This document shows, one piece after another, positions 50,150-64,000 of a DNA stretch of 64,000 nucleotides (position 1 is the stretch's first letter; every line of letters begins with the position of its first letter). The notes beneath the pieces were generated by a model that had not been told where the DNA came from, did not search any database, and worked only from the letters and a program-made list of their open reading frames with translations. Origin of the DNA: Camelus dromedarius (Eukaryota); NCBI RefSeq assembly GCF_036321535.1, contig NC_087436.1, forward strand, positions 88,352,001-88,416,000, written 5' to 3'. Made by a program: the position numbers and the translations under genes.

Positions 50150-50623
50150 ATTACATCCTTATTAGAGCTGGAGATTGAATCCTGTCCACCACTGTGGTAA
50201 TTCATTTTGTACTATGTACTCATCCAGGAACCTGAGGCAATTTAAATATCAGCCTAAACCAGCCGTGCAGGTGATGCACTTTTCCATCTGAGATAATTGT
50301 TTCCCTGCAATCAAGTGCAGAAGAGTGTGCCACCAAGCTAAGGGATGGCCGGGAGGTACAGAGGAGTGAGTCATCATCACGACAAACCTTCGTTAGATTC
50401 TTGTGAAATGCTGGGAGTTGGAGGAACAGGATGGGGCTGAGGGAGAAGAGGAGGCTGAACTCTTGTGCCCTGGGCATTTTCAGTTCGGGTGCATAGAGTA
50501 ACCTAACAGTCATCAGCTCCAGCTATGCTCAGAGTAAAGTCTATTTTGTTAATTTGGAATGACATTATCCTTGGATAATTTACATGCCACATTTTATTAC
50601 AACTGTTTATTTTCTCACTTTAG

Positions 50624-50857
<234 letters not shown>

Positions 50858-52649
50858 TAATACTGTTGTTCCCCACACCCCTAAATGTTATGGAATAAGC
50901 TTTAAGTTAATAAAGCTAAGGTAATGATTTGTTATCATTTGGATTTGAAAGATGAAGTTTAGGATATGAATAGAAATTGTTCACAAGTCTGAGTTATGGG
51001 TTTAGTATACATAAGTGTACATTTTATATCAGCCTACTGAATTAACCTGTTGGAGAAAACAAATTCCTACATCAGTTTTGGATCATTGTGGAATTCATTA
51101 AGTATACTGCGTACCTGGCTCTTTCCTATAAGCTACCATATTATGCATCAGAGTCTTCTTCAGCACGTATAAACTGCATCTGTGTTCATCACTTTATATT
51201 AATATTTCTTCATTACTAAGTGAAAGTTACTTAAAACTGGTTAGTGATTTGGTGGACCCAAGCCATTACTGAAGTTCACCGACAGCAGAACTATTCAGTG
51301 TTTTTGTGATGAGCAGTACTGCAAAGTTCCTTTGACGGGAGCAGGGAGAAGTGGCTCACTAAGGACCTGGTCAGTGAGCATGTGGCTTGGCGTGGGGGGA
51401 ACATTGTCAGCCAGCTCCAGGCTTTGCAGTTGTTGTAGTCTCTGGTTTACCACTAGATGAGGTACATGCATGAATGTATAGTGGTGCCTGGCCCACCTTT
51501 TCCTCCTGACATCTTGCGAATGTGACATCTAGGACTATGGGTCTAGCCATGTGCCTCCCTTTTAAAAATATTCCTGGATTCCAGGGAATGGCTGGAGAGA
51601 CTGGGTTCCCTTGTTGACCACATACCAGTGTCTAGCTGGTTACAGTGGATTGTTGGCGATCTTGATGTTTGCTTTTATTTTATTTAATTCTACTTTTTTC
51701 CTAGAGCAGAATCCTCAGAAATGGATTTACTTGTTTTTATTTTGTTTCTGTTTTGTTTCGATTCCACTAATTTCTCCCACTGATTTCTCTCTGTTTTGGT
51801 TCCCCTGATTCAGACAGAATGGCATTGCTTCTCCCTGGTGGTCCTCAACTCTGTTAGTTTCTGCTGTGGCTTGTCATTGTGACCAGTGGAATTCTGTAGG
51901 TTCATGTGATTTATGACTATCGTCCTTTACCTACCTTCCTGAATCCCCAGGTGCTGAAGACCCAAACTTCAAAAACTCTTTCAGTTGCAAAGCCTGACCT
52001 TAGATGAAGCTATTTCTAGTCTTTATTTATCCTACTCAGTGTGAATTTTTTGCATATATGTGTATACAGAAATATTAATGTGTTTAATTATTTAGGGGTG
52101 TCCCAGTTCCTGCTGGGAGTGTTATGTAATGTATGGTATATATGCTATATTACATTTATTAAATCTGAGAAATTCAGGATTCCAAAAGAGTTTCAGATAA
52201 GACTAGAAATATGAATTATTTTAAAATCTGAAATATGGTTAAGGGGAAACATTAATAAATTTTGCTTTATAATAAAGATTTGTTATAATTTGAACTTAAA
52301 AGAATAGAAATACAGCAGTGAACATGGTAAAGCGTGGTCCTTTACTAACTGAAAAAGCCTCAGAAACCTACATTATTTGCTTAGAAATGTGGACTGATAC
52401 TATTGGAAATCATTGCAATTGTTAAGTCACTTTGAAGATGATAAATGATGATATAAAGATGATACAAGGTTAAAAGTGCCCTAATTACTTTAGCTTAAGT
52501 AGAATAAAGAGAACAGTGGACCCCCTCTTATATCAGAACCTGGCCCACTGTCTTGCCTGGCAGTAGCCTCAAGCCACAAGAAAAACCAGAAAGGGCAGAA
52601 TGAGGAGGCTGTCATAACATGTAAAAACCCAGCCTCTGACACAGCATTG

Positions 52650-52800
52650 ATTTACTGTATAGCACAGGGAATTATAGCCAATATCTTGTAATAACCAATC
52701 TTGGAATATAATCTGCAAAAAATCCTAATCACTATGCTGTACACCTGAAACTAACATTATATTTTTCAATCAACTATACTTCAATTAAAACAACCCAAAA
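52650..52800 (+). mobile_element. Truncated L1 3' end
   Basis: tactgtatagcacagggaattatagccaatatcttgtaataacc...atcaactatacttcaattaaaa. Confidence 0.8.
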
Positions 52801-54198
52801 GAATCCATCTCCTTTCTGGCTACTGATGACTGGCCCAGGGAGCCTAGTCCTGTTAGCTGGTCCTGCCTTAACCCCCACTCCTCCCATGAGGTGGCCATGT
52901 TGATCCCTCCTGGATGCTGTTCTCAGGCACTGAAGTTCATTGGCATACCTGTGGCCTTCAGTTGGGAATATGGTTGCAAATTTGTTTACCTCCCACAGTT
53001 AAAATTAAGTAGTTACCTTTACAAAAAAAGTTAGGAATCTTAAGAATCTGAATTCTTGAGAAAATAAAGTTTTGACAATACTGGGCTGAATTCCTTCATG
53101 ACAACTCTCAGCCTGTTTTCTAGGTTAGCCCAGTAGCACTTTGCAGTTGTGTTTCTTCCCTCTTGGGGTTGACGTGCTCAGTTCTTTGATTTCCATGGGT
53201 GAATGTTCTTATTTCCATTTCCCTCTCCCTAGAAGCCATGATCCAAAAAACACTGTGATGTGGGTAACCCATGAGAATCAACAGGTATTCTAAAAATAAT
53301 ACTGTGTTAAAAATATAAGACTCTAGGTGGATCAGAAAAACCATGGGGGCCATTCTGGGGTAGCCCCAGAGATACTTATTTTACTTGTTCATAGGCTACA
53401 GATGGATCTTGTAGCTCTGATTTCAAGTTTCTTTGAAGCAATTAGGTGACACTAGTCCTTTATTACAACTCTCAGTTGATCACAGTGTGAGTCAGGCCTC
53501 GGTTTTCTCCTGGTTGTTTGGACCCCAGTTCCTTCGATATCATGGTAACAAGCTTTTATTGAAAATTTTCCTGTTAAGTACAGTTCATTGTACTTTTTGA
53601 AGTCTGCTGAGAATTCTGTTCCAGATGATGAGAAATGCAGTCAAGCTGTTTCTTCCAAGTCAGTTGTTGGAAAACTTGTTTCAGTGGCCGCTGTGGGCCA
53701 TTCTTTGGCTTGTCCTCCTTGCTCTTTCTCACTTAGCTCATGTTTCTGCATCTTCTAGTGAACTGATGAAAGATCTTCCTAGCAATTCATATTGTTTACT
53801 CTCACTTATCATAACACAAAACAAAGGAAACTGTGGTCTTGCTTTCTGGTCCAGGAACTAAATGACACATGGGTTAGATCACTTGACATCCTGCTGGAGC
53901 CTCTATGTGGTTTTGAGATGGAATCCAGGGAAGAGCAAGGCTGGAGTTTAGTCAGAAAAAAAAGACCCATTAAATAACAGTGAGAAAATGAGGAGTAGAG
54001 AGATTTCTATATGTTGAAATGTTGAATACAAAGAACTTCAAGTAGTAGGTAGATCTGCAGCTATCGTTAGCCAAGAAATCAGGAAGTTTTTATAGCTGGA
54101 CTTTGGTATTACCACTGTGGTTGCTTTGTTGAGTGTAACAGTCCTCTGGTATGGAAACTGGCAAATGGTTTCTACAGTTGAGGGGTAGGGAGACTCGT

Positions 54199-54739
54199 TG
54201 TGTCAGGGATCCCCAAGGCCACCCCCAGGGTCGATGATTCACTAGGAGAACTCATGGGGCTCAGCATGTAGTTGAACTCAACAGCTATGGTTTATTTCAG
54301 TGAAAGGAGACAAAGCAAAATTAGCAAGGGAAAAGGTGCATGAGGCAAGTCTGGAGGAAACCAGCCACAAGCTTGCAAGAGACCCTTTTTACTGGAGTCA
54401 CAAAGAGGATGTATAATAATTCTACCACCAAATTGTGACGGTTGTGAAATGTTTTCTAACTGGGAGCCTCATTAGAGACTCAGTGCCCAAGGGTTCTGTT
54501 GGAGGCTGGTCATATAGTCACCTTCTGTCTAGGCATGTACCCAAATTCCAGACTCCAGAAGGAAAGCAGGTGTTCAGCTTAAATCATAGTGTTTGTACAG
54601 TTTACGCACAATGAGCTATTCTTATCAGTACTGGGGATGGTAGGATCCTCTGCCTCTCAGATTCCAAGTTTCCAGATGCCAGGCAAGGGCCAACCTTTTT
54701 CAGTCTCAGAGGCCTGTTATGTTAACTCTTTTCTGCACA
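54199..54739 (-). mobile_element. MER21-like LTR
   Basis: tgtgtcagggatccccaaggccacccccagg...gatgattcactagg...gttaactcttttctgcaca termini. Confidence 0.75.
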
Positions 54740-55085
54740 TTAATAGTAACTATGATACAATTTATTGAGTACAAAATACAGGCGAGGCACTGTGCTAATA
54801 AGTACATGCATTATTTTCTTTATTCCTCAAAACGCTGTATAAGTCTTATTAGTTCCCTCCATTTAAAAAATGAGCGACGTGAGGCTCAGGAAGTTAAAAA
54901 ACCTGCACAAGGTCAGATACTAATGAATTGCAGGGCTATTCTTTCAAAGCCCACCTTTGAAACAACCTTGATATTCCGGGGAAAATTAGAAAAAAAAATC
55001 TATTGAATCTCTCTGTAACACAGGTAAAGTTTTATTTTAAAACTTTGAAGATATTTTTATTTGTTACTTTCAGTTATGATTTTTT

Positions 55086-56666
55086 AAAACATTTTTTAAT
55101 TGAGTTATAGTCATTTTACAATGTTGTGTCAAATTCCAATGTAGAGCACAATAATTTCAGTTATACATGAACATATGTACATTCATTGTCACATTCTCTT
55201 TCGCTGTGAGCCACCACAAGATCCTGTATACATTTCCCTGTGCTACACAGTACAATCTTGTTTGTCTATTCTACATTTTGAAACCCCAATCTGTCCCTTC
55301 CCACCCCCCGACCCCCTGGCAACCACAAGTTTGTATTCTATGTCTGTGAGTCTGTTTCTGTTTTGTATTTATGTTGTTTGTTTGTTTGTTTGTTTGTTTA
55401 GATTCTGCATGTGAGCGATCTCATACAGTATTTTTCTTTCTCTTTCTGGCTTACTTCACTTAGAACGACATTCTCCAGGAACATCCATGTTGCTGCAAAT
55501 GGCGTTATGTTCTTGGTTTTTATGGCTGAATAGTATTCCATTGCATAAATATACCACATCTTCTTTATCCAGTCATCTGTTGATGGACATTTAGGCTGTT
55601 TCCATGTCTTGGCTATTGTAAATAGTGCTGCTATGAACATTGGGGTGCAGGTGTCATCCTGAAGTAGGGTTCCTTCTGGATATATGCCCAGGAGTGGGAT
55701 TCCTGGGTCATATGGTAAGTCTATTCCTAGTCTTTTGAGGAATCTCCATACTGTTTTCCACAGTGGCTGCACCGAACTGCATTCCCACCAACAGTGTAGG
55801 AGGATTCCCTTTTCTCCACAGCCTCTCCAGCATTTGTCATTTGTGAACTTTTGAATGATGGCCATTCTGACTGGTGTGAGGTGATACCTCATTGTAGTTT
55901 TGATTTCATTTCTCTGATAATTCGTGATATTGAGCATTTTTTCATGTGCCTATTGATCATTTGTATTTCTTCCTTGGAGAATTGCTTGTTTAGGTCTTCT
56001 GCCCATTTTTGGATTGGGTTGTTTGTTTTTTTCTTATTGAGTCGTATGAGCTGCTTATATATTCTGGAGATCAAGCCTTTGTCAGTTTCACTTGCAAAAA
56101 TTTTCTCCCATTCCGTAGGTGGTTGTTTTGTTTTACTTATGGTTTCCTTTGCTGTGCAGAAGCTTGTAAGTTTAATTAGGCCCCATTTGTTTATTCTTGC
56201 TTTTATTTCTATTGCTTGGGTAGACTGCCCTAGGAGAGCATTTTTGAGATGTATGTCAGACAATGTTTTGCGTATGTTTTCTTCTAGGAGGTTTATTGTG
56301 TCTTGTCTTATGTATAAGTCTTTGATCCATTTTGAGTTTATTTTTGTGTATGGTGTAAGGCAGTGTTCTAGCTTCATTGATTTACATGCTGCTGTCCAGT
56401 TTTCCCAACACCATTTGCTGAAGAGACTGTCTTTATTCCATTGTATATTCTTGCCTCCTTTGTCGAAGATTAGTTGACCAAAAGTTTGTGGGTTCATTTC
56501 TGGGCTCTCTATTCTGTTCCATTGGTCTATATGTCTGTTTTTGTACCAATACCATGCTGTCTTGATGACTGTAGCTCTGTAGTATTGTCTGAAGTCTGGG
56601 AGAGTTATTCCTCCAGCCTCTTTCTTTTTCTTCAGTAATGCTTTGGCAATTCTAGGTCCTTTGTGG
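55086..56666 (-). mobile_element. Young 5'-truncated L1 (1.6 kb, ORF2 C-terminus + 3'UTR)
   Basis: Two long overlapping ORF2 frames (55889-56497, 55398-55937) including the zinc knuckle [18 protein letters not shown]; perfect TSD tcagttatgatttttt (55070-55085, 56667-56682) followed by AA (TTTT/AA site). Confidence 0.95.
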
Positions 56667-56819
56667 TCAGTTATGATTTTTTAAAAAATATTTCTTCATG
56701 GTAGAAGAAAATTAACACTAGACAGGGTTTTTGTCTTGTCTCTGCCACTATGTAATTGGACTTCATAAGACAATGTTCTTCATTGTTTTTATAGTTTAGA
56801 AATTACTTTAATGAGTAAG

Positions 56820-57140
56820 AAAGAGAAAGAAAATGCCATATGATATTGCTTATATGTGGAATCTAAAAAAAAGGACACCAATGAACTTATCTACAAAACA
56901 GAAACAGACTCACAGACATAGAGGACAAACTTATGATTACCAGTGGGTAAAGGGGGTTGGAAGGAATAAGTTGGGAATTCAAAGTTTGCACCTCTTGGGG
57001 AGTGATGGAAATATTAGCTATCTTGATTGTGGTGGTGGTTTCATTGGTGTATTCATCTATCAAAATTCATCAAATTTTACATCTGAAATATTTGTAGTTT
57101 ACTGTACAGGATTATACCACAGTAAAAATGTTAAAAAAAT
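56820..57140 (+). mobile_element. L1 3' fragments
   Basis: gaaagaaaatgccatatgatattgcttatatgtggaatctaaaa...aaacagactcacagacatag, then an older L1 3'UTR (tatcttgattgtggtggtggtttc). Confidence 0.7.
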
Positions 57141-58984
57141 TCATTACTTTCATGTATATTGTCTATCTCTTTACACCCTTAACTCCTCCTTTGCCATCAC
57201 TACTTCAACCCAACATACATCAGATCTCTTACCAAGTCCTATGAATTCTCCTTCCCTTCATTGCAACCTTATTGCAGCTCCCAACTTCATTCTCTTGGTG
57301 GATCGCTGCCCTTAGTTGATTCTACTCTTGGACCTTCATCTTCAACTATACAACCATCAGAGGGTTATTTAAAACCTGTAGCTTTGCATCTGCTCTAGGA
57401 TGAAGTTAAAACTCCTTGGTGTAGAATACAAGGTACTTGATGCCTGTTTTCCTTGTCTTCCCTCTCTCTTTCCTCCACTCCCAGCTGGGTCTTCTACCCG
57501 CAGTTACTCTTTCACACTGTGCCTTTGTTAATATTGTTCAATCACTGTGGAGTGATATAGCCCTCTACCTGCCTGCCAGGATTTGTCTATCCATTCACTA
57601 TTTTACCCATCAAAAAATGTGTTGAGTAGCTGGTAAAACACTCAGTTATCTTGTCTGACTCGACTCAGTCTCCACCTTCTCTGAAGCCTTTCCTGTATTC
57701 CTCTCACCAGTGGTAGAATCCCCAGTCCACCTCAGCCCTCTGTGCCCTGTTCATATTTTTATTGTGACATCTTGGTTGTTTGACTTTATTTACATACCTG
57801 TGTCCCCATTGGACTTTCAGCTCTTTGAGGGCAGGGTTTGTAGCTTTCCTATCTTTGTATTTCTGGGGGTTTAGTGCCGAATTGAGTACTCAGTACATGT
57901 TGGATGGCTGGATGGATCAAAGGAGACAGGGAGACCTTAACCGTAACAATCAGGCAGGGCAGGTTTATCCTATACAAACATCATACTGGTAATTCGAGAA
58001 GAGTAAGGATTTGAGCCTTGATATTCTGACTCTAAGTTCAGTGCTCTTCCTATAACTCCTCCTTTATCATTTTATTCTAGTTGTACTGAAATAAAAAATT
58101 TTATGTAATGAGATGCTTGAAAATTTATCCTTTTGCCGTTAATGGTTAACCATTAGGATGGTGGGGGCAATCAGTTACAAGTATGATGACAAGACTCTCT
58201 TAACTATCCTGGGCAACCTCAAATATTTCTTTAAGGCCTTCTGGGTCATATAGGGTTATATTCTTGACCAGCCTGGGAACCTGGAGACTGCAGTGAGATA
58301 GGAATAAGAGTTTATTAAGGTTCTGAGATGATTAGATATTTCTCCTTAGTTGTATCCTTAGACTAGGTGGATCCCCCAATGGGAAGCACAGGTTTACCCT
58401 TCTAATTGCTACCTGAAATTTTATATCTTCCAGCACTTTCTAGGATTCTAAGGGTGAGTGTGGGGTGGAAGAAATAGTTTCTTTCAATACAGGACAGTTG
58501 GAAGCATTTGCATCAGGCTCCCAGACAGCTCGCCAGCTTGTAAAAAGTGGGACAGCTCTAAGTACTCCATAGACAGTGTAGTGGTTAGTGCACAAGGGGA
58601 TTTTTCTGGCTCTGAAAATGCTCAACTTTGTTATCCTGCAAAAACTCATTTTCTTATTGGCAGTTGAGTTTCCTTGTTTCTGCAATAAGGTAGTACCAAC
58701 TTCCTGTTTGTGTCTCAATTTCCTTTCTGTGTCTCTTCTCCCACTTTTGATTCATATCTGTTTCCTTATTCTGCTGTCCTGGATCTGACTTCCTATCCTT
58801 AATCACCTACAAGGGCCAAGATGCAGGTCTGAAGTCCTAGGGTCTGATATACCCTCTTAATTTGATAAATTGTCCATTGTCATTTAATAACATTCACTTC
58901 TTTTTTCCCCCTCTCTGGGAGGCAGAAACCTATTTAAGACAGAAGAGGGGGAGAATGCCATTTGTTCCATCTACATTCCTAAAA

Positions 58985-59440
58985 AATTTTTTTGTAACTG
59001 TAAATTTTGCTATGGTTTCAAACTTGCAGAAAAGTTGCAAGAATATTATAGGGAACTCTCAAGTAATCTTTACTCAGATTCACAAATTGCCTGTGATTTC
59101 CCCATTTGTTCTATCACTGTCTTGGTCTCTACCTTTGTCTCTTTCTCTTTACATGCGTGTTGTCTTCTGAACCACTGACGAGTGAGTTGTAGATAGCGCC
59201 CCTTTTACCACTAAATAGGTCATTGTGTATTGCCTAAAAGTAAAGACATTCTCTTTTAGAACCACAGAACAATGGTCAAAATCAAGATGTTAAACACTGA
59301 CACAGTACTTCTATCTGGTCCAGAGTCTGTAGAAAAATTTCATTCATCATTCCACTGATGTCTTCATAGCTCTTTCTCAACCTCCCCTTCTTGCCCAAAT
59401 CCAGGATTTAATCCCTGGTCACACATTGTGTTTAGTAGGT
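58985..59440 (-). mobile_element. Old L1 (L1MC-like) 3'UTR
   Basis: ttcaaacttgcagaaaagttgcaagaat...ttctgaaccactg...gacattctctttt motifs. Confidence 0.6.
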
Positions 59441-62400
59441 CAAGACATAAAATTTGTAAATTTCCATGGGGCAAGCAAGAGAAGTGTATGGAGGAAATGC
59501 TGTCCCTTGTCCTTTGTTATAGAATGCCGACTATATCACGATTACTCAGTGATTATATATGAGAGTCCACAAACATGAAATCAGGTTTTAAAACCATTGT
59601 AGTTGTTCTCCTACTCTAATTCTCATGATCATCCTTAGGAGCTGAAGTTCACCTTCCTGCAGCGTAAGTTATTTTAACCTGGTCCTCTAGGATGAGTACA
59701 AATCCCTTATCCCTGTTTTCCTTCCTGTCTCCCACATCTCAATTTTAACTTTTTATTCTTCTGTGTTAAACAATTTTAGACATGTAAAGTGTTTTATGGA
59801 AAACAGTACAGGATGAATAAATTACTAGTAAGTGAAGAGGGAGTTTAATCAAAGGTTTGGTCCTCGTGCTACTTAAAAGTAGAAATAATGAAAGAGTTCT
59901 AGATCTTGAAAAACACTCTTGGGTCTGGCTCTGATAGTTGTGGTTTCTTCATTGATTATTTATATCGTGATGAGAGAGACAAAGGCTGTACAGAAAATCA
60001 ACATTTCTGCTCAGAAATGGTATTACCTAGTTTATTTTATTCATAAGACTTAGCTCTCAGCAATTTTTAGTGATATCAAAAAGTCAAATTTCCACCAAAG
60101 TTTTATTTAGCTATTTTAGCACTGAATATATTCAAAAAACTGCTGTAGGCACTGAAGGCAATTATGAAGAAACAATTCCCAGAATGTTTGGGAAATGGTA
60201 TAGTTGAAATAAACTGTGTTTCTCCCTACCTCCTTTTCACATCTGCCTATCTTGAAAGAGACCTGTCTTAATCAGAAGTATGTGTAACATTGCAGTTAAA
60301 AAAAAAGAACTGTATTTGACATCATGATTTTTGTAACCTGAGTTTTGTTTTTCTCTGCATCATGAACTATGGGGCAAGGGGTTCTTAGAAATCTTTGAAG
60401 ATAGTTCAGTAACTTGTAGTTTCTGTTCAGTGTTTTTTGCTGAGGATAAGTATGATAGTATCTATCCTGAGGGACAGTTGAAAAAGAGACCAAATTATAT
60501 GAGCCGAGGAAGCTTTGGTGGTAAAAGTGTAGACTGTGTACATTTTTGGCAAGGAGGTGGGTGGAGGTTGGGGAGGGGTTGGGGAAGGCCTCCACTTGGC
60601 CAAAGGTTGGAGTATGGGCAGTGTTGGGCAGAAAGAGCTCATTCATACTGTGGAAACATCATGTGCAAAGGCCCTGGGGTGAAAGAGGGATTGGTGTGTT
60701 TGTGGAGCTATTCTGTTCTAGGCCTGTATAGATTTATTATACTGATAATTACCCATCCAAGGGGATGATTGATTTGTTAGTAATGAAGAAGACTTGTACA
60801 ATTTTAGAGCTTGAAGGAATTTTAAAGAATAGCCCCCAAATTTTTCACTTGAGGAAACTGAGGATAAGGAGATACTTTGCTCCAGGTCACCCAGTAAGCT
60901 AGTTGTTAAGCCTGGACCGAAACTCAGGTCAGCCTCTCTTGTTGCACTGCCTTTGTTCTAGAAAGAATGTGTTTGGGTTGCCCTAGGAGGCGAGGGCACT
61001 TACACAACTTAAATAATGTGGTTGTTCACAGAATGGACTCCACCTATTGACTGTTCAGACCCGTTGGCTTAAAAATACTTGCCACTGTTCTGTCTTTGAA
61101 GCTTTGTTCTTGCTGTGCCTAACAGTTCTCCTGTTTATCCAGGTCCCATCTCAAGTCCACTTAAGTGAGAGGCCTTATTCACCTCCCCACCCACCAGTTG
61201 TAAATGCCAGCCTTTTCAGAATTACTGTTAAATTTATATGCATTATTATCATTGTTGCCTTTTTAAATCACCAGCTACATAATAATCTCCTTGAGAGCAG
61301 AGGTTGTTGTCCTGTAATTTGAGTATATCACATAATGTCTTGCACCCACTAGGCTCTCAAAATAATTCTTGTTGGTAATAATTATACATAGCCATTTAAA
61401 ACTACAATTTGAGTTGTTTCTAAAACCATTTTGAACATGGTTTAGCCACTGGTTAATACTGGTCAGATACAGGTAGAGAATTACCCATAGAAGGGAGCTG
61501 AGAAACACCTGTGTTATCCAGTGATTAATTCTGTGACTCTTTTAGGAGAACTCCTGACATTATTGGCCTTGGGTTTTGTGAATATTACTATACTTCCAAG
61601 ATAAATATTAAAGTTTAATGATTACTACTTCAGATAATTAAAAACGTTGTTGCAATCTTTTTACCAAAGCTCTTTTTTTAGACCTTTTTAATTTTTAGTC
61701 TTAGAGAGCTACCTATAGTATTTGCATAATTCCACATTGGTAAACACCTGAAGTAAGAAATTGCACACAATATGTGCAATATAGTTGTTAAATAAAATTA
61801 AGTGAATAAGTAAGAGACTTAAATGAAATATCTAGTGAATTTTAATAGATTGTGGGAAAGGAAACCTCCCCCCAACAACTTGGTCCAATCATCCTGGTTG
61901 TATGAGGAGACTTTTGGGAAAAGTTCTATTTTTATTCCAAGTAATCACATAGATGTAGCTGTTCTTAATTGTATTTGCCACTGCAAAAAGTAACATGGAT
62001 AGGTGTAATTCCCTGCTCATGAGATTGTAACATGTGAATTTTTCTCCTTGTAGGGGACTATGTCTGTCTTTATGTGTATGTGTGTATATGTATATGTGTG
62101 TGTGTGTATTAATATTTATGTATTTCCTGACAGAAGGGAATCCATATACTTTTTTTCCAGCCCTCCAGGCCCATGTTGTTTCCTGTGTCTGGAATGACCC
62201 CTGTCTACCCACCCAGCCCTGTTGCTGCATGTTCAAGTCTGTCCGATGTTCAAGTCTGTCTGTTCTTCAAGGCCCAGCTCACTGCCCTTTCTCCTCCCTA
62301 AAGCTTGTCCTTCAAAACCCTTGGCCAGAAGGCATCTCTTCTGCTACTAAACTCCTCCTTATGGTGCTTTTTTTCTTGCATTATGGACGCTTGAGGATTT

Positions 62401-64000
62401 TCTCCTCTCTCAGTCTAGGCTCCCTAAAGACATGGGCTGTGACTTATGTGTGCTCGCCTCTTCCATAGCATCGAGCGTAATGCCATCAATGCAGCTAAAT
62501 ATGCAATGAATGTTTTCTGAATAAATTCAGAAATTAATGAAAATTTACTTTAGTTTCCTCAAATGTGTTTTGGTTATGTCTTACTTGCTCTTTATTCATC
62601 CTGAAAGTTCAATAAAATGAATTTTCTTTTTCTGTGAGTATATACCAGGCATGCAGTAAATAATTTGAGTCTAAGTATAATAAAATTGCATTGGAAGTAT
62701 GCAGGGGAAATGTTTATGTTTATAGGCATATTTTCTTAAATGATATACAAAGTTAATACAGTGCATTATCCATATGGAAAGGGATCTTCAAAAATTGAAT
62801 GTTAAAATGTCATCTCCCTTATTTTACTTCTGATAATAAATTATCTAATGGTGTCTTTCACTGGTAACTCACATGGGGAGGAAAGAATACAGGTTCACAC
62901 CTGGTTCGGATCCCAGACCTGCCATCTGCTGATTCTGCCGTCTTGGCCAAGTTACTTAGCTGCACCTCAGTCTTCATCTCTGGCATACACTTTTATTTGT
63001 TATATGGGACTCAGATCATTTGTTTTTCTTTATTCATCATTTGTACAACAAAGATTTAATGAGTATGTACAGTATGGTAGGAATAGAGGAATTAAAAGAT
63101 GTATGATTCTGGCTTCGTGAAGCCTACAGTCTGATTCAGGTACAGTTCTGCCATTCTGGGTTCATGATCAGACGTTTCTATGCTACATCCAGTCTGTTTC
63201 AAAGGGGGCCTCTTGAGATCTGGAGCTCTTACCTTTGTGTACCCCTGTTGTTTGCACTTGTCCATGCATTTCTGGATGACCTGGGACTCTTAACTTCCCT
63301 GGCCCTTGGGTTTCCCTTTGTTCTTAAATTTTACATAGCATAGGTTTCGCAGAAGCACAGGGGTTTTGCATACTTGCTTGTAATGCTTTGTTCTCCGTAG
63401 CATTTCCACAGAGCATATGTTTGGGTAACCAGCACATTGGCCACCATCTGCTTCACAAGTGAAGGCACTGGGGGACAACCAAGTCAGGTACCTTCTCTGC
63501 AGTGACATCCTATTTGACTAGGTGAACCAAGGTGTCTTATCTTTCTCGCGAGTATGCTGTTAAACCACATCGTGCTACTTCCCATAAAGGGGGACTTCCT
63601 TAAACAGTAAGTTCACTGACCACCTCTGCACATACATTTCCTTCCTCCTTCCCTTCTTTGGCTTATACATGGGCCCTTTTAACGGCTGTTGATTTGTGTT
63701 TGTTTTTTCCTCACTGTGCCCCTGTGAGTTGGTGGGGACCCTATGAATTTCACTAGACTATGCAGAAAAGAGACCCACAGGAAGAAAATACTCCTGTGAA
63801 TGCTTAGATAAAAGAAGTTGAAATGGTTATATTGAAGTTGTGACTCTTAAGAAGTTTAAAATGGGTTTGGTTAAGTAGATCATTTCATAAATACATGATT
63901 CTTCTTCACAGAGAAAACTCCCAGGTAACTCAATTAAATGTGAACTGATTCACATTCATTGTCTATCCCACCGAGTAGGGAACAGGGTCATAGCTGAAGA

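Larger units (their letters stand above)
15574..50623 (+). other. TEC: TEC intron 1 (~35 kb, GT-AG)
   Basis: Bounded by the exon 1 donor and the exon 2 acceptor; no recognisable coding exon within. Confidence 0.72.

Noticed and set aside
55398..56497. 179-208 aa ORFs
   Set aside because: L1 ORF2 fragments and their antisense shadow, not host genes.

Overview
AT-rich, repeat-dense mammalian genomic DNA, most likely camelid: it carries three vic-1-type tRNA-derived SINEs and cetartiodactyl-type L1 3' ends. The window holds the 5' end of the TEC tyrosine kinase gene on the + strand. A CpG-island/GC-box promoter lies at ~15.1-16.0 kb, with a non-coding exon 1 ending at a CAG|GTAAGG donor (15573). 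A ~35 kb intron 1 follows, then the first coding exon (50624-50809; ATG at 50672, N-terminal part of the PH domain) and the start of intron 2. The rest is intergenic or intronic sequence filled with L1, L2, MIR, CR1, MaLR/ERV LTRs and DNA-transposon remnants. Almost all ORFs in the supplied track are repeat-derived or chance ORFs. I found no convincing new multi-gene system. The best observations are: an upstream AUG/uORF whose stop overlaps the TEC start codon; an internally deleted L1 joining its 5'UTR to the ORF2 end inside one TSD; TSD-flanked orphan retro-insertions; a twin-primed L1; a sense solo LTR before exon 2; and candidate enhancer clusters and micro-exons. Repeat family names come from recalled consensus motifs, not from a search.
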